Shown here: one piece after another, positions 1 to 10,468 of the stretch
Layout of the letters: the number at the start of each line of letters is the position of its first letter
Position numbering within the stretch: position 1 is the first letter of the stretch
Assembly: GCA_004764695.1 (NCBI GenBank)
Contig: SMSO01000032.1
Location: 4,868,483 to 4,932,482 of the forward strand
Source of the DNA: Schizochytrium sp. TIO01
Taxonomy: Eukaryota > Protista > Bigyra: Labyrinthulomycetes
DNA length: 64,000 nucleotides
Direction of reading: 5' to 3'
Notes under the pieces: generated by a model
The model's database searches: none
What the model saw: the letters and a program-made list of their open reading frames with translations, nothing else
What the model was told of the DNA's origin: nothing
Translations under genes and position numbers: made by a program

Positions 1-628
1 CTGATGTGAGGTGTGGTTATGGTTAACCCACCGCTTCATAGTACTGCATTTTAACATTCAGCTAGGTCATCTTCAAAAGCTCACCTGACAGGGATGAGAA
101 AATCATATTATTCTTTGATCTCTCACTTCCCCCTATAAGATAAACATTATTCCCTATTTCCTGTTTGCATGGCGCAGATGGCTTGTTGGAATTCAAACCT
201 CACAAATAGTATAAATATTTGCAATGTACATCTCATCCCTTTCGTCATCAGCAAATTCTTCAAATAAAACCCGAGACCGTTCCCTATCATCAAATGGACT
301 AAGTTATTGAAGGACATCAAGTATAACATGATATGGTAAGTATAAAAATAAATAGAATAACTTAAAAACAAGGAAGAGTGAAAGATAAAAGCGTGTTCGC
401 TAACAAGATGGAGAAATTGATTGTTGTATGCAACCAACAACAACAACTCAAGTCTCCATTTTATATGTTGCAAAACAGGCAATTATTTGTATAATTCTGT
501 AAACAAAGGGACCTTTCCATCACCAAGGAGTAAAGTGAAGAAATCAGAAAGGAACCAAAAACGCTAACAGTCAAGTTTGTTAGCAATGCAAAATGCATTT
601 GAAAGGAGGAATGCAAGTGTATTCTTGC

Positions 629-1579
629 TTATTCAGCAGAAGTACCGCGAACCCAAAACCATGCCGGGACCACCATTCCAACTGTTACAAGAACGCCAAG
701 AGCTCCACGAGAGAGACGGGCATACACAGCAGCAGTGCGCAAGCGCTGCGTCCGCTCCTTGTTTGCAGGGTCATCTTCGAGCAGAGAATCGCATGCGGCA
801 ACAGCCTCAGTATAATCCCCGAGACGGTAGTAAGCCAAAGCGATGTAATAAAGGCATTCAGTGAGCATATTTGCCTCGAGGTTTGCGCAATCATTTTGAA
901 GATCCATACTACCTCTTGATCCACACGATAATCGACGTGAAAGGCTTCTAAGCTCTTTCTTATCTTCATCTTCGTCCTCGATTTCGCGACCAGGTGTTTC
1001 TACATGATCGTCCTCCAAACTGGAGTCGAATTGATCATCAATTTCATCTTCGTCACTGTCGTTGAATTTGCTCTCATGGACTTCCTCCTCCTCTTCCTCA
1101 ATTGTAGCTCTCTCACCAATCTCCTCAAGGTCATCTGCATCTCCATCTCGATCAGTGAGATCGCCGTCTTCCCCAGGAGTAGGTCTATGGAGAAATACAT
1201 AACCGTCTACCATGGATTCAGCTTTGCGCTGTGCAATGCGGCTTTGTTGGGTGTACAATGATGATGAGGAGCTACCCTGCAATTTTGTGTCATGGTAGGT
1301 TTTCATATATTTGGAGACAGGCAGGTTCACCGGATTTGTCGCGCATGGCTCCTGCTCTAAGTGGGAGCAGAGCTCCTGCAGCAGCTCAATGCCTCGTCGA
1401 GTCGCTCCGCGGCTCATGCTGCAGGCTAGCAACCTTGCATACCGGAACTTGGACACATGAGACGCCTCAAAATCAAGTTTCCGCAGCTCGCTGTCATACT
1501 GGGATTTAAGTTTTCGTAGATGCTCTGTCGTAGCTAAGGCCTCTGCGCTTGCCAGTTCCTGCGAAAATGTCGTGCTCAT
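629..1579 (-). CDS. FIS1: Mitochondrial fission protein Fis1-like (TPR, C-terminal tail anchor) with a large acidic insertion
   Basis: Fis1 N-TPR signature (SKFRYARLLACS...RRGIELLQEL), C-TPR signature (ECLYYIALAYYRLGDYTEA...LLEDDPAN) and a C-terminal hydrophobic anchor (GALGVLVTVGMVVPAWFWV). First ATG is at 1579; the ORF track begins at an upstream GTG. Confidence 0.8.
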   Translation of the reverse strand: MSTTFSQELASAEALATTEHLRKLKSQYDSELRKLDFEASHVSKFRYARLLACSMSRGATRRGIELLQELCSHLEQEPCATNPVNLPVSKYMKTYHDTKLQGSSSSSLYTQQSRIAQRKAESMVDGYVFLHRPTPGEDGDLTDRDGDADDLEEIGERATIEEEEEEVHESKFNDSDEDEIDDQFDSSLEDDHVETPGREIEDEDEDKKELRSLSRRLSCGSRGSMDLQNDCANLEANMLTECLYYIALAYYRLGDYTEAVAACDSLLEDDPANKERTQRLRTAAVYARLSRGALGVLVTVGMVVPAWFWVRGTSAE

Positions 1580-1913
1580 TTTCCACAGCTTTCGCCAGAT
1601 CCACACCCAGACCCGCGCCCACCACGACGTAAACCCAAAGACCTCCAGCTTGACGCTTATTTGCAGAATTCACGGGCCGCTGTCGCCTCCAGCTTTCTCT
1701 TTCAACTAATTGCCAGGCTCCAAGCACGCCGCCAATCAGTTATTGCCACCACGGACACCTTCCAGCCCAAAGTCACCAGCACAACCAAGATGCGCAAGAT
1801 TGACTACCCGTAGTGCCAAAGGGTGCAGAGGAGGCACTATTAAGACGCAGATAGTACTTATGAATGAAAGAACCCCTGTTGAGCTGTCTGTCTGTGTACC
1901 CCTAGAGTATAGA

Positions 1914-1944
<31 letters not shown>

Positions 1945-4900
1945 GTGTACTGTATACTAAGTACTGTGCCTGGCTACACGGCCTTAGCCTTCTTTAGCAG
2001 GCACGAGTCGAAACACCTTTGAAGAATCAAAGAGAGAAGAGAGAGACTAATTAAGGAGACAAAGAAAGCCTACGTAAGCACTCTTTGAGACCGGGTTAGC
2101 CGCGGTTCTTCTCCTTCGCGCTCGCTGCTGGTGGCAGCGAGCTGCTTTGGCGCTGTGCTATGCAGGCAGTGCTGTGTCGAGTCGAGGGTGATGTCTCGAG
2201 GCCCCAGGGGCTGAACAGCGCTGGGCAGAGGCCGAGACCTGGTAGGGAGGGGTGCCGCTTGAAGTGGAAATGGATGCGCTCCAAAGCGAGAAAAACAGAG
2301 AAAGGAATCAGTGAACAAGTGCTAGTGCTGACGAGAGAATGAATGAGTGAATGAACGAACGAATGACAACTGGCGAGTCCGTGCAGCACCGTGGGGCCTG
2401 GTGAGGATGCTGACAGCCGAAGGCAGTGCGGCTATGCTGCTGCTCCAGCCGAGCGGGTTGCGGTCGCAGCCTTCGACCTTGGTCACTCGCCAGCTCGCAG
2501 AGCGGGGGTCGCGTGGAAGCGGTGCCGGAATGCGTCGTTCTTATTCTGCTGCAAGTTCAAATCGAAGCTAATTTCTCTTACTTTTCAAGTTGTTTTGGTT
2601 GTAGGAAACAAACAACAAACAAAGAAAGTTATCTCTGCAATTTTTTTGAAAAGCTTCATAGTAAGTAGCGTTTATTAAAAAGGGTTCTTTCCTAAAGAAA
2701 AGTGAAAGAAAGAAAGAAAGAAAGAAAGAAAAGAAGTGTTCAATTCATGTCTACAGAACCGTACTCTCTTATTACGTCGTAGCAAGCTGGCTAGGCAAGG
2801 CTAGGCGACTCCTACCTGCGCTCCTACTACTTTCAGAGCTGGAGGATACTTTCAGATAGATCTGCCAAAGTCTTCCTTCGGCAAACTTGGAGCTTTGGAA
2901 GGTAAGAAAGGCAAACTGACAGGTGGCGTGCTCGAAGTTTGGCTTCTGAGCCTCCACATTGATCCTCCAAGGGCGAAGAAGCACAGCTTTAAGTTGATGG
3001 CGGGCAGCGTATCGAAAGACACATAGCGCTCTTGTTTCACTTGATCCCCAAGTTTTAGGCACTCCCTTTCGACGGATCTCTCTCTTTCTCTCTCTCTCTT
3101 CTTCTTCACAGTATTGTACTCTTTTTTTTTTCTTTTCTTTCTTTTTCGAACAAGCTTTCATTCCATATTACTTTCAATTAAAAAAGAAAGAAAAATGAAA
3201 AGAATAAGAAGCATTAGAATGAACAATACCTATAAAATCTTTCGCAAGAAAAATAAGTAAAGAGCAATAATAAAACACACACTTCACTTCACAGACCGCC
3301 TCCTCAGAGATATCTTTAAGTGATCGTTAGGAAGTGAGGCGGCGATTTCTCTCTGCGTACTTCTTTTGATTCAGGGTGTGCTACCGGTTCCCTAGAGGGT
3401 CACTAATGCGGCAGGTACGGTAACTGAGAGTGAATAAAGTACACAGGTCCAAAATTAAAATACACAGCCACCGAGGAACCGGCCTCCCATAATGGCCTCT
3501 TAGTCTCCCCTACGTACTAAATTCAGGGAAAACTGAGAAAACAAACAAATAAGCAAACAAACACATTTCTTTTTGGCGACAGTCTGAGAAGAAGGAGAAA
3601 GAAAGAAAGAAAGTACACCTATGCGATGCGAAGACGTACGTTCATTCGTTCATTCATTCGTTCTCCTCTTCAAGTCGAGTGAGATGTTTACTTCGGTGCC
3701 TTCGACCAAGACACCGCGTGTGTCTGCAGTGCACGCCACGCTGGCTTGCACCATCTTTAGCTGCTTTGGCAGCTTTCACAGCTTTCACAGCTTTGAAACG
3801 GAGGTCCAAAAGAACTCGATTCGTGAAGAAGGTCTTAGGCCAGCAAAGTCGATCTCGATCGATTTATCTGTTTACGTTGTCTGTTAGTTGCTTTATTTAT
3901 ATATATATATATATATTTATCTATTTTTCAAGATGAAAGAGTCAGATTAATAAATAAACAGAGAGAAAAAAGCCATATTTTCACTCTTCTCAGTTTCAAT
4001 TTTCCTTCAAGTTAGTTGTCAGGGTAAGAGATAAAATAAAATATAAATTTATATGATATTTTAAATTATTCTATAATTAAAAGAGATGGGACGCCACCTG
4101 GTACTATCTGGATGGCTAGCTGTTACTATACCACTACTCTATTCGTACTGATGGGTAATCTGCTGACGCAAGCTGGCCTTTTGGTGCCCACAGTAGTGGC
4201 AGTAGTAGTTGTAGTAAAAGAAGAGTAGGTCTCATTGAGCGCCAGCATCACCTTTGACATCTTCGACATCTTCTCTTAGCTTTCACCGTTTTCTTCGTTC
4301 ACTGTCGGGTTTTGTTGTTCGAGATGAGCAGATCTCTTCGGTGGAAAGCTGTTCTCTGCATCATGATCGACTTGAGGATAATGGGCGCCGTATTCTGAAG
4401 GCATTTTGGCGCCACAGCTGTCTTAAATTGGGGTGTGTCTTTAAAAATTTAAAATGCGGGTTTGTTTTGACGGATCGTGTACCTGCTAGCCTCCCCAGTA
4501 AGACCCTATTAGCGGCACAAGGTGCTGACGTAGTAGATAGGTACCTTCGGTCGAGCGAACGCCAGGTATTAAATTTGCAGAGATCAGCGAAGCCGTGCGG
4601 GTCTGAACATGTCAGCTGCTTATCGTTGGCGTTGGCGTCTGTTGCGGAGACTGCTTGCCTCAACTCGATTGCATAGCCCGTGCAGGTATGTGTGTTTTGC
4701 TTTGCTTTGCATTGCTTTGCATTGCGTTGGATTGTTTTGCTACAGCCTTTTAGTATTATTTTTCTTTTGCTTCAAGATTTTGTATTTTTTTTACCTCTCA
4801 GGCTGTGAGTAGAAATAAAAAAAATAAAATAAGAAAAAAAGTAAAAAAAAAAAGAAAGAAAGAGATCTGGGAACGGCACTTGAGAACTTTGGCGGAGAAG

Positions 4901-6488
4901 TGGGATGCACATTGATTTCTCCAACCAAGTCTCGCATCACAAGTTCAAGTTCGTCGTCTGTGCGGACTTCGCTAGTCCTTTGAAGACGGTGCCTTCCTCC
5001 CCTTCATGGCGATGGAGTCGCTGGCGGAGGATGTCTTCGGAGCCTGCTCAACGCAAGCTGCTCCAGGCTGGTGAGACTGAGCAGATCAGATCGCTGCGCC
5101 GCTGCAGCTCCTGCTGGAAGAACTGGGAGGCGCAGCATCGAAAAGATGAAAGCAATGATGGAAGAGGACTGAGCTTCTGGAATGCGCTGAGCGTGAAGCT
5201 CCTCGGAATTGTGCAAAGACGTAGTCGTACTACAACTTGAGCCCCCGAGCCGTCGTTACGCGGTCTCGCTCGCGAGGAGTACTGCCTTAGCGGACTACGT
5301 ACACAGGCATTACCACCACTAGATTCCACGGTCTTCAGAGAACGCTATTCCGTATAGAAGACAGCAGTGCAGATAGAAAGTAAGTATGACATAGAGGTGT
5401 TGCAAACTCGATCATCATACCCAAACTCCCAACAGAGCCATCACAGGTATGAACGGTTATCCCACCCAGTGAGGAGTTCGGATGACGCCATCGAACTGCC
5501 GATAGGGCCAATGCGAGCTAGCGCGTTTGTGACGTGGACCTGTATGAAGGTCCATTCTGCACACCCTTGACGGTTCAAGCGCTCCAAGTCGAACTTTGCC
5601 CAGGGACCCCGGTACCCATTTACATATCTACTCCGGGACTGTCAGCGGCAGGGAATGCTTCGAGCGTGGTCTTTCCGAGCCTCAGCTAGCCCTGGAGGAC
5701 CTAGAAGTGCAACTTGAAGATTGGCGGATCACCTCGAAAGCGCGCATTACCGTGCTGTAGAGACTGGAGGAAGCGGGTTAACACTCACTGGCAAGTGAGG
5801 AAACCAGTCTGCTGCAGTCGTCGATAATATAGTCGATCGCTTCAGCTGGCTACTTGATCTCCAGAACAGGCCAGGTCAGAGAAAGCCAATAGATGCTCAC
5901 GAGGATATGGTATTGCTTGCACATACTTAGGTAGGTAGGTAAGTACTTATTTTCACACACAGGAGCGGCAATACGATCAAGACGAACAGACTTGTAGCTG
6001 ACTAGTAGGCGCCACTATGGAGATGCAGAGAGCTCATGAACACTTCTCGTGGGGTGTCCAGAATGTCGAGTTTCCTTTCCGCTCGTCCGTGATATATATA
6101 TATTGAAGGGGATACCCAGGATATTGATCAGATTGGTTGATTTGCAGGCTGTGCGATTTCTTTGTGGGGGTATTGTGCACAATATATGGAGCCTAAAGAT
6201 GAGTACAAGCTCTACGGTGAGAAAGGGAAGGGAAATATTTTCACACTCAACTCTTAGTTTGCATTGGATGGTTGAGTAGATAGCAGAGGTCTCATTTCTT
6301 ACCAACTCATTGATCTAATTCTGATGTACCATGTTTTCTTTGTCTTTTAATGTTGGGCTGGTCACTCGAGGTCTTACTTTCCAGATTGATTTTTCCTTAA
6401 GCTTCATTGTTTCCGACATCAAGACGGTGCCTGTATATGGGTGAGAATTAGGAATAGAAAAAGGCTGTCCAAATGAACCTGCCTCCAT

Positions 6489-6597
6489 CTAAAAACACGT
6501 TGGTGTCTTTGTACCTAAAAACGTGTTGGTGTCTTTGTACCTAAAAAGGTATTGGTATCTTTGTACCTTAAAAACCCGTTGTGTGGTGCCTGTGTAG
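6489..6597. repeat. 26-bp minisatellite, 3 copies plus 1 degenerate copy (CTAAAAACRYGTTGGTGTCTTTGTAC)
   Basis: Copies start at 6489, 6515 and 6541, with a degenerate copy at 6567. Confidence 0.85.
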
Positions 6598-7652
6598 CTC
6601 GTCTAAAGAACAAAAATACTCGAATTTATTCCTGAATCTATATAAAGACTTTGTTGATGAAAATACATTTCACTTTCAAAGCCTTGCCTGTCTTTTTTGC
6701 ACAAAATAGGATTGCGGGACTCGCACATGCACAGCACGTGAAACATAGTTCGTCAAACATGGGTTATCTCAATTCTTTCGACGACCACGTTCTGGAAAAT
6801 ATATCATCTCCCAACAGGAGCCATTCCCAATCATGACAGCTTCCGATAGAACCATTTTCATTCTTCGTCCATTTCACCTAGCACAATGTGCCTTTTACTC
6901 ACCGACTCATTTCCTTATCCTTGCAACATCTCACCAGAATGTGGACAATTTCTCTGGCACGCGTTCAGAACTGCGAGGTAACCACAGAAGCTTCTTTCTG
7001 GAATTGTTCCTTACGAGCTGTCTCCTCCAGTATATATTGAATTATCCAACAATTAAATTTCAAGTTTCCTTTGTTCACATCTTTACACCTTCAAGCCGTC
7101 GCACATCTTTACATACTTGCCCTGCTTGAACTTGCCGACAGGTAGGTACAATTGTGTTCCCTAGAAAATATCTCACACAGTCGAAACAATGTAATGTCTT
7201 TTTTATGCATATTCCTTCTCAGAGGACTTAATACGGGCCAGTGTTGCCATCGCGGCGCCAGCAGCCTGCTTGCGTTCCCTCTTGTCATTGTTGACACTGC
7301 TCCCTTCAAGAACTAGTCTGCAAGCAGCCTTGCATCATTTCGACCTGCAAAGACAACGACGTGAATTAAAAAATAAAAACTCCTGCCAGCAATGGAAAAA
7401 TAGCTCAGTGTCTTATGAGATCAAACTTTCACTTTGGTAAGTAGAGTTAATTTGAATAGTGTACTTGTAAATGTAGAATGAAAGTAGAGAATAAGTCATA
7501 CAAGTAGCGAAAGGGAAGGAGAGCAAGGAAACGCGGCGCTCAATCTTCACTGTCCTTCTTCCCCCTTTTTGTCCTTGCGGCCGCAAACACCGAAAGCGTC
7601 GCGGCCTCGCTCTTGGCGCGAAGGTCGACAGCACGTCGCAAGTTGGACCAGA

Positions 7653-9656
7653 ATGGTCTCCTTCGGGGGCTTCTCTGAGCGCGAGGTGCGTGAGATTGCG
7701 GATGGTGCACATCCTTCTGTGCGCAAAGCATCGCAGCGCAAGGCTTCGCAGCGCAAGAAGTCCAAGGCCGTGCCAAACCAGCCCCGACAGGACCAGAGCC
7801 GTCATCGCAAGGACCAAAGCCAATACCAGAGCTCTAGTTTGAAACCCCAAACCCCTCCGGCAGAGGCCCCTCCAAAACCCGTCTCGAAGCCTCCAACAGC
7901 GGCATGGCAGCCAGGATCTAAAGCGCCCTGGGCTGCTGCAGTGGCGGCAAACTCCGCCTCAACTTCAACTTCTGAACCCTCTTCGGCTCCTATCTTGGCA
8001 TCAGAACTCACTGGAAAATTGACTTCAGAATCATTTCCGCAAAGCAATGGCAGTGCTTTGAATGGCAACATCGATGGCGTTCCGGGCGACGAGTTTGGCG
8101 ATGAGTTTGGCGATGCCGGTGATGATGATCACCAAGATCACTTACATGAAGAAGAGGAAGAAGAAGATGACCAGACGGAGATTGAGGGCAAGATCAACGT
8201 CACCAAGTACTTGCGGGCGCTTGTGCAACGCAAGATCAAGCACCGCCTCGACCTCGACTCACCGGACCGCAAGTCACTCGTCAACGCGCGTAGGGGTTTG
8301 TACAACCTTGGAAACACATGTTTCATCAATGCAGTTGTGCAGAGCTTGATCGTTACACCATGGCTATCTACCGTATGGTTTTCTGTGCTTGACAAAATTC
8401 CTGACCTGGAAGCGGCTTCGGAAATCGAGCAACTTAAGGATATGAAGACGCTTCGGAGCCTTTCTGAGCTTGCTGTTGAGCTCCTCGGATCCGATCAGCT
8501 GGCCAAGGCGTACCTCGATCGGCCTATTATCCCGGGAGCAAGCTCTGTGCGACCGGATCAGTTCATTTGGCTTATTCGCGAGTTCTTTGAGCGCCAGGGT
8601 CTCACAAACCGGATCGAGCGGGACCAGACTTGTGACGATATGCGCGTGCGGGTTCATGTGCCGCAGCAAGATGCTCACGAGTTTCTAGAGTGGCTCTTGG
8701 ACCGCCTCAATGATGAACAAGTAACGTTGCATAGATCTATTGCGCAATCTGCCGAGGCTCGGGCCGCTGCTGGCGCTGGAGATGGGCCTTGGGGAAATGG
8801 TACCATCTCTGATGCTGGTGACCTCGATAGCTTTAGGCAAACGCAGGAGTACTTGGCCAACGATGTTGATGACGGAGACGGGTGGCAAGAAGTGGGTAAA
8901 AAAGGGCGAAATAATATTACTACGCGCGTTGGTCATCACCACGACGACGATGAGTCTTCCATCCAGACCTTTATTACGGAAGGATTTCAGGGTGTCTTCC
9001 GAAGCAGCTTGCGAACTTCAGGATCGCGCGAATCTATTACGCTGCAACCGTTCATGTGTTTACAACTTGAAGTCCTTAACAAGGCGGTGCGGTCAGTTTT
9101 AGATGGCCTGGACCTCTTCATGTCTCCTGAAATCCTTACAGACCTTATGTCAACGAAACATGATGGAATTCAGCGTGGTCAGAAATCACTTCTGTTTGAC
9201 AAGCTGCCTCGCGTGCTCTGTCTTCATTTGAAGAGGTTTGTGTACGATAAGAAGACAAACAGCCCACTCAAACTAACCAAGTTGGTGACTTACCCATCCA
9301 AGCTTGTGATTCCAGATAACTATTTGTCCCCCAAACTCAGGCAGCAGCTCCGTGCTCAGCACGCTGTAGCTGCGGCTCAAGCTGACGGTTCTGCAAGCCC
9401 TGCTACCAACGGCGTTCCGCCTCCAATGCCTGGCTTGCGGCAACCTGCACCTGCACAACTTCGTGAATACGAGTTGTATGCCGTGGTTCAACATCAGGGG
9501 CCTGGTGCAGTCCAGGGTCACTACATTTCATGGACCCTTGATTCCGCCACTGGAACCTGGATGGAATTAAACGACGACAAGACAAAACCCAAAACCGTTG
9601 GTGATGTTTTGGATAGCCGTGATGCCTATTTGCTTTTCTACAGTCGGAAATATTAA
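7653..9656 (+). CDS. Ubiquitin carboxyl-terminal hydrolase (peptidase C19), USP10/Ubp3-like
   Basis: Cys box RGLYNLGNTCFINAVVQSL, QQDAHEFL, LCLHLKRF, His box YAVVQHQG...GHY...NDD and AYLLFY. WQEVGKK and an N-terminal FGGF resemble USP10. First ATG at 7653. Confidence 0.92.
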   Translation: MVSFGGFSEREVREIADGAHPSVRKASQRKASQRKKSKAVPNQPRQDQSRHRKDQSQYQSSSLKPQTPPAEAPPKPVSKPPTAAWQPGSKAPWAAAVAANSASTSTSEPSSAPILASELTGKLTSESFPQSNGSALNGNIDGVPGDEFGDEFGDAGDDDHQDHLHEEEEEEDDQTEIEGKINVTKYLRALVQRKIKHRLDLDSPDRKSLVNARRGLYNLGNTCFINAVVQSLIVTPWLSTVWFSVLDKIPDLEAASEIEQLKDMKTLRSLSELAVELLGSDQLAKAYLDRPIIPGASSVRPDQFIWLIREFFERQGLTNRIERDQTCDDMRVRVHVPQQDAHEFLEWLLDRLNDEQVTLHRSIAQSAEARAAAGAGDGPWGNGTISDAGDLDSFRQTQEYLANDVDDGDGWQEVGKKGRNNITTRVGHHHDDDESSIQTFITEGFQGVFRSSLRTSGSRESITLQPFMCLQLEVLNKAVRSVLDGLDLFMSPEILTDLMSTKHDGIQRGQKSLLFDKLPRVLCLHLKRFVYDKKTNSPLKLTKLVTYPSKLVIPDNYLSPKLRQQLRAQHAVAAAQADGSASPATNGVPPPMPGLRQPAPAQLREYELYAVVQHQGPGAVQGHYISWTLDSATGTWMELNDDKTKPKTVGDVLDSRDAYLLFYSRKY

Positions 9657-9956
9657 ACATCCAATACTTTTCGACAAATTATTCAATGGGTTGCTCTTTC
9701 TGTCCTTTCTCCTTTTCTACCCCAAGCAGGCTTGCTGGAAAGGTTGACTATTTCAAGCTCTGTTTGGCCAGTCGCATCTCCCATGTATCTACTACCCACG
9801 GCAATTATTTCGTTAAAGTAGTGCTCAAAACAGATAAATTATCATTGCCTCGTACAAGCTATGATTCCCAAGTTTACCTTTCTCCACTTGAGAGTGGTGG
9901 TGCACTTAAACCTCCTTTTTTAATAAAATAAAAAGTTATTTTTAAATTAATAGATT

Positions 9957-9992
<36 letters not shown>

Positions 9993-10468
9993 TAAATAAA
10001 AAATTTGCGTAATGTTAAATTTTATTCTTGACAATATTTAAACTTTTATATTTATGGTCATTATCGTTATTATTCACTTATTTATGTAAAAATAAAATTT
10101 TAAAATTGACAACGAAAAAAAAGATTTAAAAAAATCATGAAATCATCGAGGTTCTTTCCATACAGAGGATTCGAAGGGTATACATGTACGCTTTGTCTCA
10201 CGAATAAAACAAGCATACGCAGAGAGGACTTGCCAAGTGGAACTAGGAAAAAGGTTTTGAAAAAAAAGAATGCTTTACGAATAGTACCAGTAGAGATTTT
10301 GGTAGAGATGAAGTCTACAAAATTGATTGGATTCTGAGTCCTCCCACCTAGAGCAAAACTTGGCAGACAAATGGACCCAGAAGTACACAGCGAAAGGGTC
10401 AATCGAATATGACCCCGTGTTTTCGTTACCATTTAGTTTATTGAGTACCAGCAAAAGTGGAACTTAAA

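Noticed and set aside
6889-6903. GCCTTTTACT resembling U5 snRNA loop I
   Set aside because: No adequate closing stem or surrounding U5 structure.
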